IMG/VR virus record: IMGVR_UViG_3300045815_000012
Strand: one strand, 5' to 3'
DNA from: an uncultured virus (IMG/VR IMGVR_UViG_3300045815_000012)
Taxonomy: Duplodnaviria > Heunggongvirae > Uroviricota > Caudoviricetes
Length of the DNA: 64,000 nt
Position 1 is the first letter of the stretch. Each line of letters begins with the position of its first letter. The position numbers were made by a program, and so were the translations under genes. Shown here in pieces: positions 1-8,061 of this stretch. The notes beneath the pieces were generated by a model, which was given only the letters and a program-made list of their open reading frames with translations, searched no databases and had not been told where the DNA came from.

Positions 1-287
1 CCTAAAATAAAAATTAAGAAACAGTATCGAATGACTAAATATGCAACTACTATCATATATAATTTATCATGATAGCCTTTACTAATAGGTAATTCGTATA
101 AAAATAGAATATAAATGTTTGGTAACAACATATTGTAAATAATATTTATTCCTGAAGTTGTTTCATCTTCGCTGAAAGAAAAACTGTCATACCTATCTTT
201 TAAAACTGCCAAATTTGAAATAGGTTTCCCTAATATTTGCATGAAAAAAAACAGTATTAGACCATTTACAGAAATAAAAAAAAGCAT
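1..287 (-). CDS. Host membrane protein, 5' part (runs off window)
   Basis: ATG at 287 with GGAGGGG RBS; open hydrophobic frame MLFFISVNGLILFFFMQILG... to the window edge; not in the ORF track. Confidence 0.6.
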   Translation of the reverse strand, partial: MLFFISVNGLILFFFMQILGKPISNLAVLKDRYDSFSFSEDETTSGINIIYNMLLPNIYILFLYELPISKGYHDKLYMIVVAYLVIRYCFLIFIL

Positions 288-427
288 TTTATCCCCTCCA
301 TAAGAATAATTAACTATAGACCATTAGAAAATTGTTTCTCGAATTTATAGTAATACATTATATCGTATTGTTACATACTTTGCATAAAAATTTCATTTGA
401 ATATAGATGACTAAAACTTATTATATC

Positions 428-465
428 AAAAAAGCTAAAAGCCTCAATAAAAGGCTTCTAGCTTT
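428..465 (-). terminator. Intrinsic terminator after the sufB 3' remnant
   Basis: Minus strand AAAGCTAGAAGCCT-loop-AGGCTTTTAGCTTT followed by a T run. Confidence 0.8.
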
Positions 466-475
466 AGATTTTAGT

Positions 476-502
476 TTACCCCACAGACCCTTCCATCTCA
501 TA
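476..502 (-). pseudogene. sufB: Displaced 3' end of sufB; att core region of prophage A
   Basis: TAT GAG ATG GAA GGG TCT GTG GGG TAA = YEMEGSVG*, the typical Firmicutes SufB C-terminus, with no upstream sufB body. Confidence 0.75.
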
Positions 503-620
503 CTGAAATATTTAACGCTACCGTAAGATTACTTGTACAAACCGTTAATACTGCTAGATCAACGTTTGCAAATCTAACAAACGAATATCCTTATCATTAA
601 TTTCTATGTATTATCTATTT

Positions 621-641
621 TTTGTGGCAACTTTGTGGCAA
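621..641 (+). repeat. Integrase arm-type direct repeat of prophage A att
   Basis: TTTGTGGCAA twice at 11-bp period, ~120 bp inside the core. Confidence 0.65.
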
Positions 642-750
642 ATATACTCTAACTAGTAAAACCAAAATTATTACAAGATTTGAAATGATGAATAGAGTCA
701 TATAGAATACTTGTAGAGTATATAGATTATTGAGATAAGGAGGATTTACA

Positions 751-951
751 ATGGCGAAAAAAGTAAAATGTCCAAAATGTAAAAGTAATAATATTGAAGT
801 TATGGGTAATGACGTTAAGAAAAACAAATTGGGTAGAGCTGGGGCTGCAGTGGCAACTGGTGGTCTCAACTTATTGTTTTCTTCTACCAAAAAGAGCAAG
901 AAATACCAAGTGTTCTGTAAGGATTGCGGAAATAGGTTTGAAATCAAGTAG
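751..951 (+). CDS. Small Zn-ribbon phage protein
   Basis: CPKC...CKDC with Gly-rich hydrophobic middle; AGGAGG RBS. Confidence 0.75.
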   Translation: MAKKVKCPKCKSNNIEVMGNDVKKNKLGRAGAAVATGGLNLLFSSTKKSKKYQVFCKDCGNRFEIK

Positions 952-974
952 ATTGCAACAGAAGAGGGTATAAA

Positions 975-1259
975 ATGAAGGCTGGCGAATTACTGAGACA
1001 ACTAACTGTGAATCCTTTTCATGAGGAATACAAAGGTATCTATACTCGATTAGGTGGTACACTAGTTCAGTTTACTACTGCCAAGCCTGATCATGAAGGA
1101 AATCTTATCTTTTTTCGTCAGAACAGAAAAACCCCTATGAGTACTAAAACATTATTTGCGATTTTACTTCTTTATAGAAACAAAAATCTTTTATTCTGGA
1201 ATAATCGGAAGATTGCTATATATAGTTACAGTATAAATCGTGGAAAGATCATAGTGTAA
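975..1259 (+). CDS. Hypothetical protein
   Basis: 94-aa ORF with GAGGG RBS. Confidence 0.6.
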   Translation: MKAGELLRQLTVNPFHEEYKGIYTRLGGTLVQFTTAKPDHEGNLIFFRQNRKTPMSTKTLFAILLLYRNKNLLFWNNRKIAIYSYSINRGKIIV

Positions 1260-1352
1260 AAAATCAGATCAACCGTCGATCAGTGTGAAAATCCTATTGA
1301 TTATTAATGCCTTAATTTGGTAAGATAAAGAAAACGCAATCAAGGTGAAAAT

Positions 1353-1502
1353 ATGTCTGAGAAAAAAATTAAGAAAATTCGAAAGAAAATCCACGAAGAT
1401 TTAACTATTTTCCGTGGCAAAACTCCTCTATGGAAAAGAATCACTCTTTGGATTATCTTAGGTATTTTGTTACTTGATATTATTTTGAAATATGTTGTTT
1501 AG
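1353..1502 (+). CDS. 49-aa single-TM peptide
   Basis: MSEKKIKKIRKK...RITLWIILGILLLDIILKYVV*; AAGGTG RBS; terminator follows. Confidence 0.6.
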   Translation: MSEKKIKKIRKKIHEDLTIFRGKTPLWKRITLWIILGILLLDIILKYVV

Positions 1503-1508
1503 TATAAT

Positions 1509-1548
1509 AGTCCCCTCTGCAATCGCTAAAGTTGTAGAGGGGACTTTT
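1509..1548 (+). terminator. Intrinsic terminator
   Basis: AGTCCCCTCTGCAA...TTGTAGAGGGGACT then a T run. Confidence 0.75.
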
Positions 1549-1585
1549 GCGTGCTCAGCTTTTTCATTCTTAAGAATCTGTTCGC

Positions 1586-1615
1586 TTTACATTTCAGAAC
1601 ATATGTTCGTATAAT
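1586..1615 (+). promoter_or_regulatory. Sigma-A promoter with LexA (SOS) box
   Basis: TTTACA...TATAAT with AGAACATATGTTCG (GAAC-N4-GTTC) at 1596-1609. Confidence 0.85.
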
Positions 1616-1635
1616 ATCACCAAGAGGTGAATGCT

Positions 1636-2031
1636 ATGATCTACGATGACGAGTCAGCTATCAAACTGTTTTTAGAAGCTAAAAAAGTTTACGAGGACCG
1701 GAATATGCTTAAATGGATCGGATTTTACCTGTCCGACCAAACAGCAGCAATCAATAAGGATGTAACTGAACGGTCTAAGGTCAATAATCAAAAACCGTTA
1801 ATGCAAAGTGAAGAAATCGAAAATGTCTTAAACGAAGCTAGACTAAAAAGCAAACCTGTCTCTGTTCAGTTAGAAGCCCTCAATGAAAATGCACAGTATT
1901 ACGATGATGTTATAGGAATGATTCGAGGTTACGATGAGTTAGGAATTTACATAGGTGATCAAAAAGTACATTACGATGAAATTAGAAATGTTGAGGTTTA
2001 CAACTGGAAAAAATGGAGTGAACTGAAATGA
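1636..2031 (+). CDS. YolD-like protein
   Basis: DRNMLKWIGFYLSDQT motif; SOS-box promoter. Confidence 0.7.
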   Translation: MIYDDESAIKLFLEAKKVYEDRNMLKWIGFYLSDQTAAINKDVTERSKVNNQKPLMQSEEIENVLNEARLKSKPVSVQLEALNENAQYYDDVIGMIRGYDELGIYIGDQKVHYDEIRNVEVYNWKKWSELK

Positions 2032-2240
2032 ATCCTATCCTCTCTTATCATCTAGGATTGATAACATTCGATCGTCTCCAAGTCTTATTGTGGGATTTCG
2101 GTCCTAACGCTATAGATGAAATCGGAGAACGATGCTTTGCTTTCTACTGCAGCAAAGCCAACGGGCTTCATAATTTTGATTACTACATTTTAAAGTATGG
2201 GAGTGGTTTAAATGATAAGCATGAATGGTATTGTGAGTAG
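2028..2240 (+). CDS. Hypothetical protein
   Basis: ATGA-coupled to the yolD-like gene; conserved in copy 2. Confidence 0.65.
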   Translation: MNPILSYHLGLITFDRLQVLLWDFGPNAIDEIGERCFAFYCSKANGLHNFDYYILKYGSGLNDKHEWYCE

Positions 2241-2466
2241 CGTAAAGATTCTAAAGTATTCGGAACGTCCCCTCGTCTATTTTAAGCTTGATGATACTAG
2301 CTGCTTGATTGCTGGCCACTCGTTGAATTTTCTTGCAGATGTAGAGGATGGAATGCGGATCGCTGTTGCTGGGGAGTACAATAGCAGGAAACAGTTTGTG
2401 GTGAAGAAGTATGCGGTTATTGGCAAGACGAAGATTATGATGGAGTTTGAAATGATGAGAATATAA
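2212..2466 (+). CDS. Small beta-rich, possibly OB-fold, protein
   Basis: GGAG RBS; conserved in copy 2; fold is inferred. Confidence 0.65.
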   Translation: MISMNGIVSSVKILKYSERPLVYFKLDDTSCLIAGHSLNFLADVEDGMRIAVAGEYNSRKQFVVKKYAVIGKTKIMMEFEMMRI

Positions 2467-2890
2467 AAACCCACTCTCTAGTAGGATAAAGAGTGGGCAA
2501 AAGAAAGCGAGAGTGGACTACTCTCTACTTAATAGTTTATCACTTTTAGGTTTCAACGCAATAAAAAAACAGGCACCTTTCGCCAGGGTGCCTGCCCCTC
2601 CTGTTAGTTGAGGTTTGAGGATACTTAGTGATTGTATAATAATATAAGGCGGTTACAATAGCAAATAAAACGATGTCTGAAATAAAAAGGAGCACCCGAT
2701 TAATCGAGTGCACGCAGATAAAATGAAAGAAAAGTTTCTAGGATACTTGCATTATAAGTTAAAGCGCTTACATTAGCAAGGAATAAGTAGTACAAATAAA
2801 AAGAGCACCCGATTACTCGAATGCTCCTTATAGAAAATAAAGATTTTCTTGGATTGGTTTTATTATACAATGTAACGCTTACATGCGCAA
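2465..2890 (-). ncRNA. Tandem array of four putative sRNA transcription units
   Basis: Each unit has a TTGCnn -35, 16-17 bp spacer, -10, ~60-70 nt RNA and GC hairpin with T run. RNAs at ~2465-2528, 2563-2629, 2684-2745, 2798-2856. Confidence 0.7.
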
Positions 2891-2925
2891 TAGAAAAGAA
2901 GACCTTAGCGTGAGCTAGAGGCCTT

Positions 2926-3570
2926 TTAATCTAATAGTGATCTAATATGATCCTTGCAAGAATAAGCATGCCCGAGAAACGTCCTTTCTAACATTTGGTC
3001 TGCAGTTAAACCGCCATGCCCGGTAACTAAACAAAGATGATATACATCGCAAAACATCAAAATATAAGTAGTAATCTCCTCATCGCTTTCATCAATTTTT
3101 AAATATATCCGAAATGGGTTTTGCTTTTTTTCTCTTTCATAGTATGGAACACCATCTACCTTAAAGATAGTATTGTTATCCTCGCTTAATAACTCTTTAT
3201 GACCGTATAGTTTTAATACATCCCGTAGCCTCTTAACATTAAACTTATTAAATGCAACCGACTCAGTATTATCGCAAACATACTCAATATTATTAACAAT
3301 CTCATTCAACGTTTTTTTAGTTGATTCACTAACATTTTCTTTATCTACAAAATTTGTAAATTTTAAAGGAAAGTTTGTTTTAGATTCTAGAAAAAGCGAG
3401 GAGATAGTAATTACCGCTCTTTTTTCTGGTCTAGTAAGAAAAATTTCTCCACCGTTTTTTAATTTTGATTTGATATTAATAGTTGAAAGAACTTCTAACT
3501 TTTCTTGTATTTGCTTTTCTCTTGTCTTTATATTCTTTTTATTTTGAATGTCAAAATTAAAAGACTTCAA
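2926..3570 (-). CDS. Putative toxin partner of the Panacea antitoxin
   Basis: Overlaps and follows the DUF4065 gene; basic 214-aa protein. Confidence 0.55.
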   Translation of the reverse strand: MKSFNFDIQNKKNIKTREKQIQEKLEVLSTINIKSKLKNGGEIFLTRPEKRAVITISSLFLESKTNFPLKFTNFVDKENVSESTKKTLNEIVNNIEYVCDNTESVAFNKFNVKRLRDVLKLYGHKELLSEDNNTIFKVDGVPYYEREKKQNPFRIYLKIDESDEEITTYILMFCDVYHLCLVTGHGGLTADQMLERTFLGHAYSCKDHIRSLLD

Positions 3571-4063
3571 GTTTATATTCCTCTATAATGGATTCTTTAT
3601 TCATCTCTCCTTGACCATCATCGAACGCCCTTTTCCATTCCAAGTCTTCATGTGTTCGCTCAACCAATGTGAAATCACCCATTTCATCTGTCTGATGGAT
3701 AACTTGTATCAAAAGCTCTTTTATAGAATCTTCTTGGTCATTCGCAGGTTGCCATATTTCAGAAGATTCAATAACATCCTGATGATATTTATTATTTTTG
3801 TAAATTTCTCTTATGACTGGACCGTACTGCCATGCCTCAAAATTTTCTTTAAATAGATGTTTGGGATAATCAGCACTACCTTCAAAATGTTTTTCTTCAA
3901 CATTTTCATTATTTAATAGTCCATATGTTGCCCCGTAAAATGCGAATAAAAAATATAATGTCTTTTGAAGTCGTAACGGAGTCATTTTTCTAATAGAGTT
4001 GTCACATACAAATTTAGCTAAGACATTAATGTTATCAAATACAACTTCTTGGTTTTCATCCAT
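3557..4063 (-). CDS. Panacea (DUF4065/SocA/GepA-like) antitoxin
   Basis: TPLRLQKTLYF...FEAWQYGPV...THEDLEW signature. Confidence 0.9.
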   Translation of the reverse strand: MDENQEVVFDNINVLAKFVCDNSIRKMTPLRLQKTLYFLFAFYGATYGLLNNENVEEKHFEGSADYPKHLFKENFEAWQYGPVIREIYKNNKYHQDVIESSEIWQPANDQEDSIKELLIQVIHQTDEMGDFTLVERTHEDLEWKRAFDDGQGEMNKESIIEEYKLEVF

Positions 4064-4152
4064 ACTAACCCCTCCTTCTATTTAACATCTTATCAGTGAA
4101 TTTACCTATAGTAAATGTTTTGCAACAAACATTATATTTAAATTAGAATGTA

Positions 4153-4224
4153 TGTACCCCGCAGGCCTCGAACCCGCATCTTCCGATATGAACCGGAGTA
4201 TTCTACCAATTGAACTAGGGATAC
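4153..4224 (-). tRNA. tRNA-Met(CAT)-like gene with aberrant anticodon arm (probable pseudo-tRNA)
   Basis: GTATCCC/GGGGTAC acceptor stem, D-loop TGGTA, GGTTCGA T-loop; 8-nt loop GTTCATAT; no encoded CCA. Confidence 0.7.
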
Positions 4225-4270
4225 TTTTAAAAGAACTATGATTATTTTTTCTTCATGTTACAATATAAAA

Positions 4271-4390
4271 AGACGGAACGTCAGATTTCCCCACAGTCCA
4301 CTTCCCCAAGTAACTGTATCTGACGTTCCCTTTTTTATGGGCGAGTGACTTCCCATTACAATAAACTTACCCATAACCCGTTTTCTTTGC
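4271..4390 (+). ncRNA. Putative sRNA with UCCC(C) loop motifs
   Basis: TGnTACAAT extended -10; GGAACGTCAGAT/ATCTGACGTTCC stem enclosing two TTCCCC; second hairpin TTATGGG/CCCATAA. Confidence 0.55.
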
Positions 4391-4423
4391 AAATGATACA
4401 CTCATGACAAAGTGATACACTAC

Positions 4424-4512
4424 AGAAAGAAACAACCAGCCCGCACACGACTGGTTGCCGATCAAGATGAAACTTAGTTATGAAAAAGAAGTAAGTTCTG
4501 GCAAAACTTACA
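4424..4512 (-). ncRNA. Putative csRNA-like sRNA
   Basis: TTGCAA-17-TATTAT promoter; 5' hairpin GTAAGTT/AACTTAC; TTCTTTTTCAT; CAACCAG/CTGGTTG terminator. Confidence 0.65.
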
Positions 4513-4576
4513 CATTCATAATAGCTCTTTTGTTAATATCTTGCAAGCGCATTCTCGCCTAAACTCTTTTTTAATG

Positions 4577-5614
4577 TCACTTAATATCGTGATACCAACG
4601 AGTCTCTGTGAAGTCTTGGAAGCCTCCCGCTGTATTCCCCTTTGGATCATTTGTTGCACGAAGTAGAACGATTACAGAATGGCCCTTGAATTGCGCTAAA
4701 TCAAATTCTGTTTTAAATCCAACCTGGTCATAAGATAATCCAAATGCTTTTTTAACATCTGGACGGGCAATTGGTTTGACTTCTTTTCTGGCAAGCTCCT
4801 TATTTTTTACTCGATCCATAACGATAATAAACTCATGCTTTGAAGCAGTTGTATGCCAACCTTCCACTACTAATTTATTACCTACTGGACCAAAACGATC
4901 CAGATGAGCTTTGTTTTGCGGGAATTTAGGATCTTGCATAATCGGGAAGTGTTGCCCTGCGGTTGTTGGATCAACTGTTTTGTTTGGCTTAGCTGGTTGT
5001 GGCGCTGGACTAGGTTTATTTGTTTGAGAAGGATTTGCGTACTTATTCCATTGTTCTTTAGTAATATAGAACTTACTACGATCTACGTCAGCAGCACTAT
5101 ACTGCCAACCAATCATACTTTTCCACGGTGAAATATTATAGATAAATTCTGGAGCGTTCCAATCCCGTTGAGTGTTTGTCGGATAACCTGCAAACCATAA
5201 AGCACAATCATTCACTAGGTTTAAGCAACGATCAATATCTTGACGATTGCCGTAAAGCACACACCAGACACCTGTTTTTTCATGTACGCGATTGACGAAT
5301 TGACGTGCCCAATTCGTATTATTGTAAGATGCGTTTTGATATTCTTCCCAGTCTAAAATCAAAATGGCTTCACCAATATATCCTTTAATATTTGCTAGAA
5401 AATAATCGGCTTCTGAAATGGGACTTCCACCTCCGGCGTAATGATATACCCCGAGTAATAATCCATGCTGTTTTGCTAATTGATACTGAGCATCACACTT
5501 AGGATTAATATACCCTGTTCCCTGTGTAGCTTTAACAATACAAGCATCTGCCCCAGCAGTGATTGCTTGTTGAACTGTTTGATGTGAAGCCACGTCTACT
5601 ACATTTAATACCAT
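4577..5614 (-). CDS. Endolysin, GH25 muramidase with C-terminal binding domain
   Basis: VDVASHQ, KATQG, GVYHY and LDWE motifs; Pro-rich linker. Confidence 0.92.
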   Translation of the reverse strand: MVLNVVDVASHQTVQQAITAGADACIVKATQGTGYINPKCDAQYQLAKQHGLLLGVYHYAGGGSPISEADYFLANIKGYIGEAILILDWEEYQNASYNNTNWARQFVNRVHEKTGVWCVLYGNRQDIDRCLNLVNDCALWFAGYPTNTQRDWNAPEFIYNISPWKSMIGWQYSAADVDRSKFYITKEQWNKYANPSQTNKPSPAPQPAKPNKTVDPTTAGQHFPIMQDPKFPQNKAHLDRFGPVGNKLVVEGWHTTASKHEFIIVMDRVKNKELARKEVKPIARPDVKKAFGLSYDQVGFKTEFDLAQFKGHSVIVLLRATNDPKGNTAGGFQDFTETRWYHDIK

Positions 5615-5615
5615 G

Positions 5616-5885
5616 TTATTCGTCCTCCTCCTTCTTCGGTTTCGAATAGGTCAATGCCTGTTCGCTATCAGATAACCCATGCGTTGTAGGGTCGGCAGTA
5701 ATTCCTAAGAAAGCCAATAAAGCGAACAGCGCGTTGATTACAGCTAATGCCTTATCTCCATAAGAAGAAAGGTCTAATGTATAGCCGAATGCAGCAGCGA
5801 CCGCCTGAACTAATAGAATGACTAGTGGGACAACGCCCACCCAAAATGCTTTCGATTTGATTCTTAATTTCCAATTGATTTTCAT
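5616..5885 (-). CDS. Holin (phi LC3 family)
   Basis: MKINWKLRIKSKAFW...DPTTHGLSDS. Confidence 0.9.
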   Translation of the reverse strand: MKINWKLRIKSKAFWVGVVPLVILLVQAVAAAFGYTLDLSSYGDKALAVINALFALLAFLGITADPTTHGLSDSEQALTYSKPKKEEDE

Positions 5886-5886
5886 T

Positions 5887-6192
5887 TTAATTATTCCTTT
5901 CTTTGTATAGGGTTTTAATCTGTTGTGTGTGTTCAATCAAACGATCGTTATGAGAATCCAACCGTTCATCGTGTCGTTGTAATTCGTCATGGATACTTGT
6001 TCGATCTTCTTTGCTTGCTTGTAAATCACGGTTCAATAAATCTAAGCTGTGAGTCATTTTGGTCAAGTTCTCACTTATCTTGTTGAAGCTATTCATAATG
6101 GGTCGAATAACTGTTAGCACAGCCACGCCGATTACCGTTAGCCATTCAATCCACCTTGTAACTAATTCAATGTTCAACACATGCCTTTCCAC
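5887..6192 (-). CDS. Lysis-module TM/coiled-coil protein
   Basis: N-terminal TM plus coiled coil, upstream of the holin. Confidence 0.65.
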   Translation of the reverse strand: MERHVLNIELVTRWIEWLTVIGVAVLTVIRPIMNSFNKISENLTKMTHSLDLLNRDLQASKEDRTSIHDELQRHDERLDSHNDRLIEHTQQIKTLYKERNN

Positions 6193-6228
6193 CTTCCAAT
6201 CAAAATAAAAAGCACACTCGAAAGTGTG

Positions 6229-6354
6229 CTACTCTGCTAATTCTGGTAAATCCATATCCAGTAAGATTTCTCTCACTTGTTCGCGGATCAGACCAGGTAC
6301 TTGTTCGATCGTCTTCTTACCTTTGATAATCAACGTCGCGTAGACTACTGCCAT
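6229..6354 (-). CDS. CD1375/XkdX-like small protein
   Basis: MAVVYATLIIKGKKTIEQVP; GAGGTG RBS. Confidence 0.75.
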   Translation of the reverse strand: MAVVYATLIIKGKKTIEQVPGLIREQVREILLDMDLPELAE

Positions 6355-6391
6355 TGTATTCACCTCTTTTCTGAGTAAACAAAAAGCAATC

Positions 6392-6505
6392 CTAATCCGC
6401 AATTTCTGCGTCCAAGATTGCTTGCACTTCTTTTCTGATTGTTTTAGGTACTTCTTCAATAGTTCTCAGACCTTTCTGAATCAAATTGACGTAAATATTT
6501 ACCAT
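6392..6505 (-). CDS. CD1375/XkdX-like small protein (paralog)
   Basis: MVNIYVNLIQKGLRTIEEVPKTIRKEVQAILDAEIAD; GGAGG RBS. Confidence 0.75.
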   Translation of the reverse strand: MVNIYVNLIQKGLRTIEEVPKTIRKEVQAILDAEIAD

Positions 6506-6883
6506 TTAATTAGCCTCCTTGCTTGCAGGAACCAACATTTCATAAACTTCAGCTATTGCTAGTTGCGTATCCGTCGTTTGAATCGCCTGTTCTTCAGCCG
6601 TCTTCTTAAGCTCTTCGTTTTCTTTCTGAACAGTCTCTGTTAAAGTTTCCAATAATTTTAGCCTCTTCGAATAATCTTGAGTCACGGCTTCTTCCCATTT
6701 TCTCTCCGCAAAATTATAGAATTGGGATTGTTGCCGATTCAGAAATTCATTTTCCGTTTCGTTTTCTTTCTTTTTGAATGAAAACGGCACATCTTCCACA
6801 AACGGAATAGAAGTTGGAAAATCATCAGAAACTTCATGCTTTTCAAATCCCATTGGATACAAGACTTTATAAATTACTTTCAT
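6506..6883 (-). CDS. Tail fibre-associated/chaperone-like protein
   Basis: Follows the RBP; homolog at 49899-50243; start MKVIYK. Confidence 0.6.
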   Translation of the reverse strand: MKVIYKVLYPMGFEKHEVSDDFPTSIPFVEDVPFSFKKKENETENEFLNRQQSQFYNFAERKWEEAVTQDYSKRLKLLETLTETVQKENEELKKTAEEQAIQTTDTQLAIAEVYEMLVPASKEAN

Positions 6884-6894
6884 TATGCTTCCTC

Positions 6895-8061
6895 CTAGAT
6901 TCTGTTTTTCGCAATCCAACTCATAGTTCCGGTTGCCCATTGATCTTTTGTCAATCCTTTACCGATTTTGATTGCATTTCCATCCGTGGGATCAGTATAT
7001 AAATAGCAACCACCCTCGCAAGTCGGCATTCTTATTGTGCCTTCAGGCTCAAATTCGCCTAGCGACCAAATTACTTTAGCTCCGTGTGCATGCGTGTTTA
7101 CAGGTTTGAACGCAAACGTACAAGTAACCAGATTTCCGTCCCTCTCAAGTTCTATCATCCCGTTGGCATACATCCCTGGATCCGTTTCTGGCGAATAAAT
7201 TTTTTTTGATATAGCTGATTTTCTTTTTGATGGAAGTAAGGAGCCATCCCCAAAAGTAATCCCATCTTGGAAGTTCTTAGTCCCCAAAACCGTTTCGTTC
7301 TCAGTTTTTGAAACGAATTTGTCTTTCGTCCATTTAGCGATTGCTTGAAAAACTCGAAGTGGTGTCATCGGTTTAGTGTTATCTTCGCCAGCTTCTGCTT
7401 CTTCTTTAGTAGCCAAATCTTCGCTACTGAAAAAAAGATCATCTGCTTCAGGTTTAGTATAAAAGTTTCCCTTTTCAAATTCAGTTAAAGCAGAAGTCAA
7501 TGCTGTATTCACTTCAGTAAATTTTGTATTAAAATCTTGAACAATTTCATTCTTTTTGTTTCCAAAATCAACGATTGCTGTGTTCAATTTGTTCTTCATG
7601 TCGACAAATTCTTTGTTAATTTCGCTGAAACCTTGCCAATAGTAATCTTCCAATTCAGGAACATCATCATCAATCGGGCTTCGTTTAATGTCAAAAGTAA
7701 ATCGACCGGCAGTATCAAGTGACCGTGAATCAGGTAACTCAATATAAACCGAACCATCCACACGGCCAACGTAACCGAGAATATTATCTTCTAAAACAAT
7801 GGAGACAATTCCCTCTAAAGCATCTTCAATTATCGCATGGTAAATATGACGCCCTTTGCCATTCTCTGCTGTGGCTGAATTGAACTCTAAAAGAATCGGT
7901 ACGATTGTTCCTTGAGGTAAGGTCTGATTTAGATGATCTTTTTTTAACTGAATGATCAGTTTTGCAGTCCCTTTGTCATGAGACCAAAAAACCACTCCAG
8001 TTGGTATAGGAGTAGTTGCTTCAGCTTGGATCACAATTATTTCTTCGCTAATCTTGAACAA
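6895..8061 (-). CDS. BppU-type baseplate/receptor-binding protein
   Basis: FWSHDKGTAKL N-terminal domain, coiled coil, C-terminal head. Confidence 0.75.
   Translation of the reverse strand: MFKISEEIIVIQAEATTPIPTGVVFWSHDKGTAKLIIQLKKDHLNQTLPQGTIVPILLEFNSATAENGKGRHIYHAIIEDALEGIVSIVLEDNILGYVGRVDGSVYIELPDSRSLDTAGRFTFDIKRSPIDDDVPELEDYYWQGFSEINKEFVDMKNKLNTAIVDFGNKKNEIVQDFNTKFTEVNTALTSALTEFEKGNFYTKPEADDLFFSSEDLATKEEAEAGEDNTKPMTPLRVFQAIAKWTKDKFVSKTENETVLGTKNFQDGITFGDGSLLPSKRKSAISKKIYSPETDPGMYANGMIELERDGNLVTCTFAFKPVNTHAHGAKVIWSLGEFEPEGTIRMPTCEGGCYLYTDPTDGNAIKIGKGLTKDQWATGTMSWIAKNRI

Larger units (their letters stand above)
1565..4600 (+). repeat. Direct repeat copy 1 (partner ~44981-48120)
   Basis: Same genes in the same order; 2861-4557 reads identical to 46381-48077. 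Confidence 0.95.

Noticed and set aside
2465..2890. CRISPR array or type III TA antitoxin repeats
   Set aside because: No identical repeats with regular spacers and no cas genes; each unit has its own promoter and terminator
6895..8061. Diversity-generating retroelement or invertible tail-fibre system
   Set aside because: No reverse transcriptase, template repeat or invertase in the window
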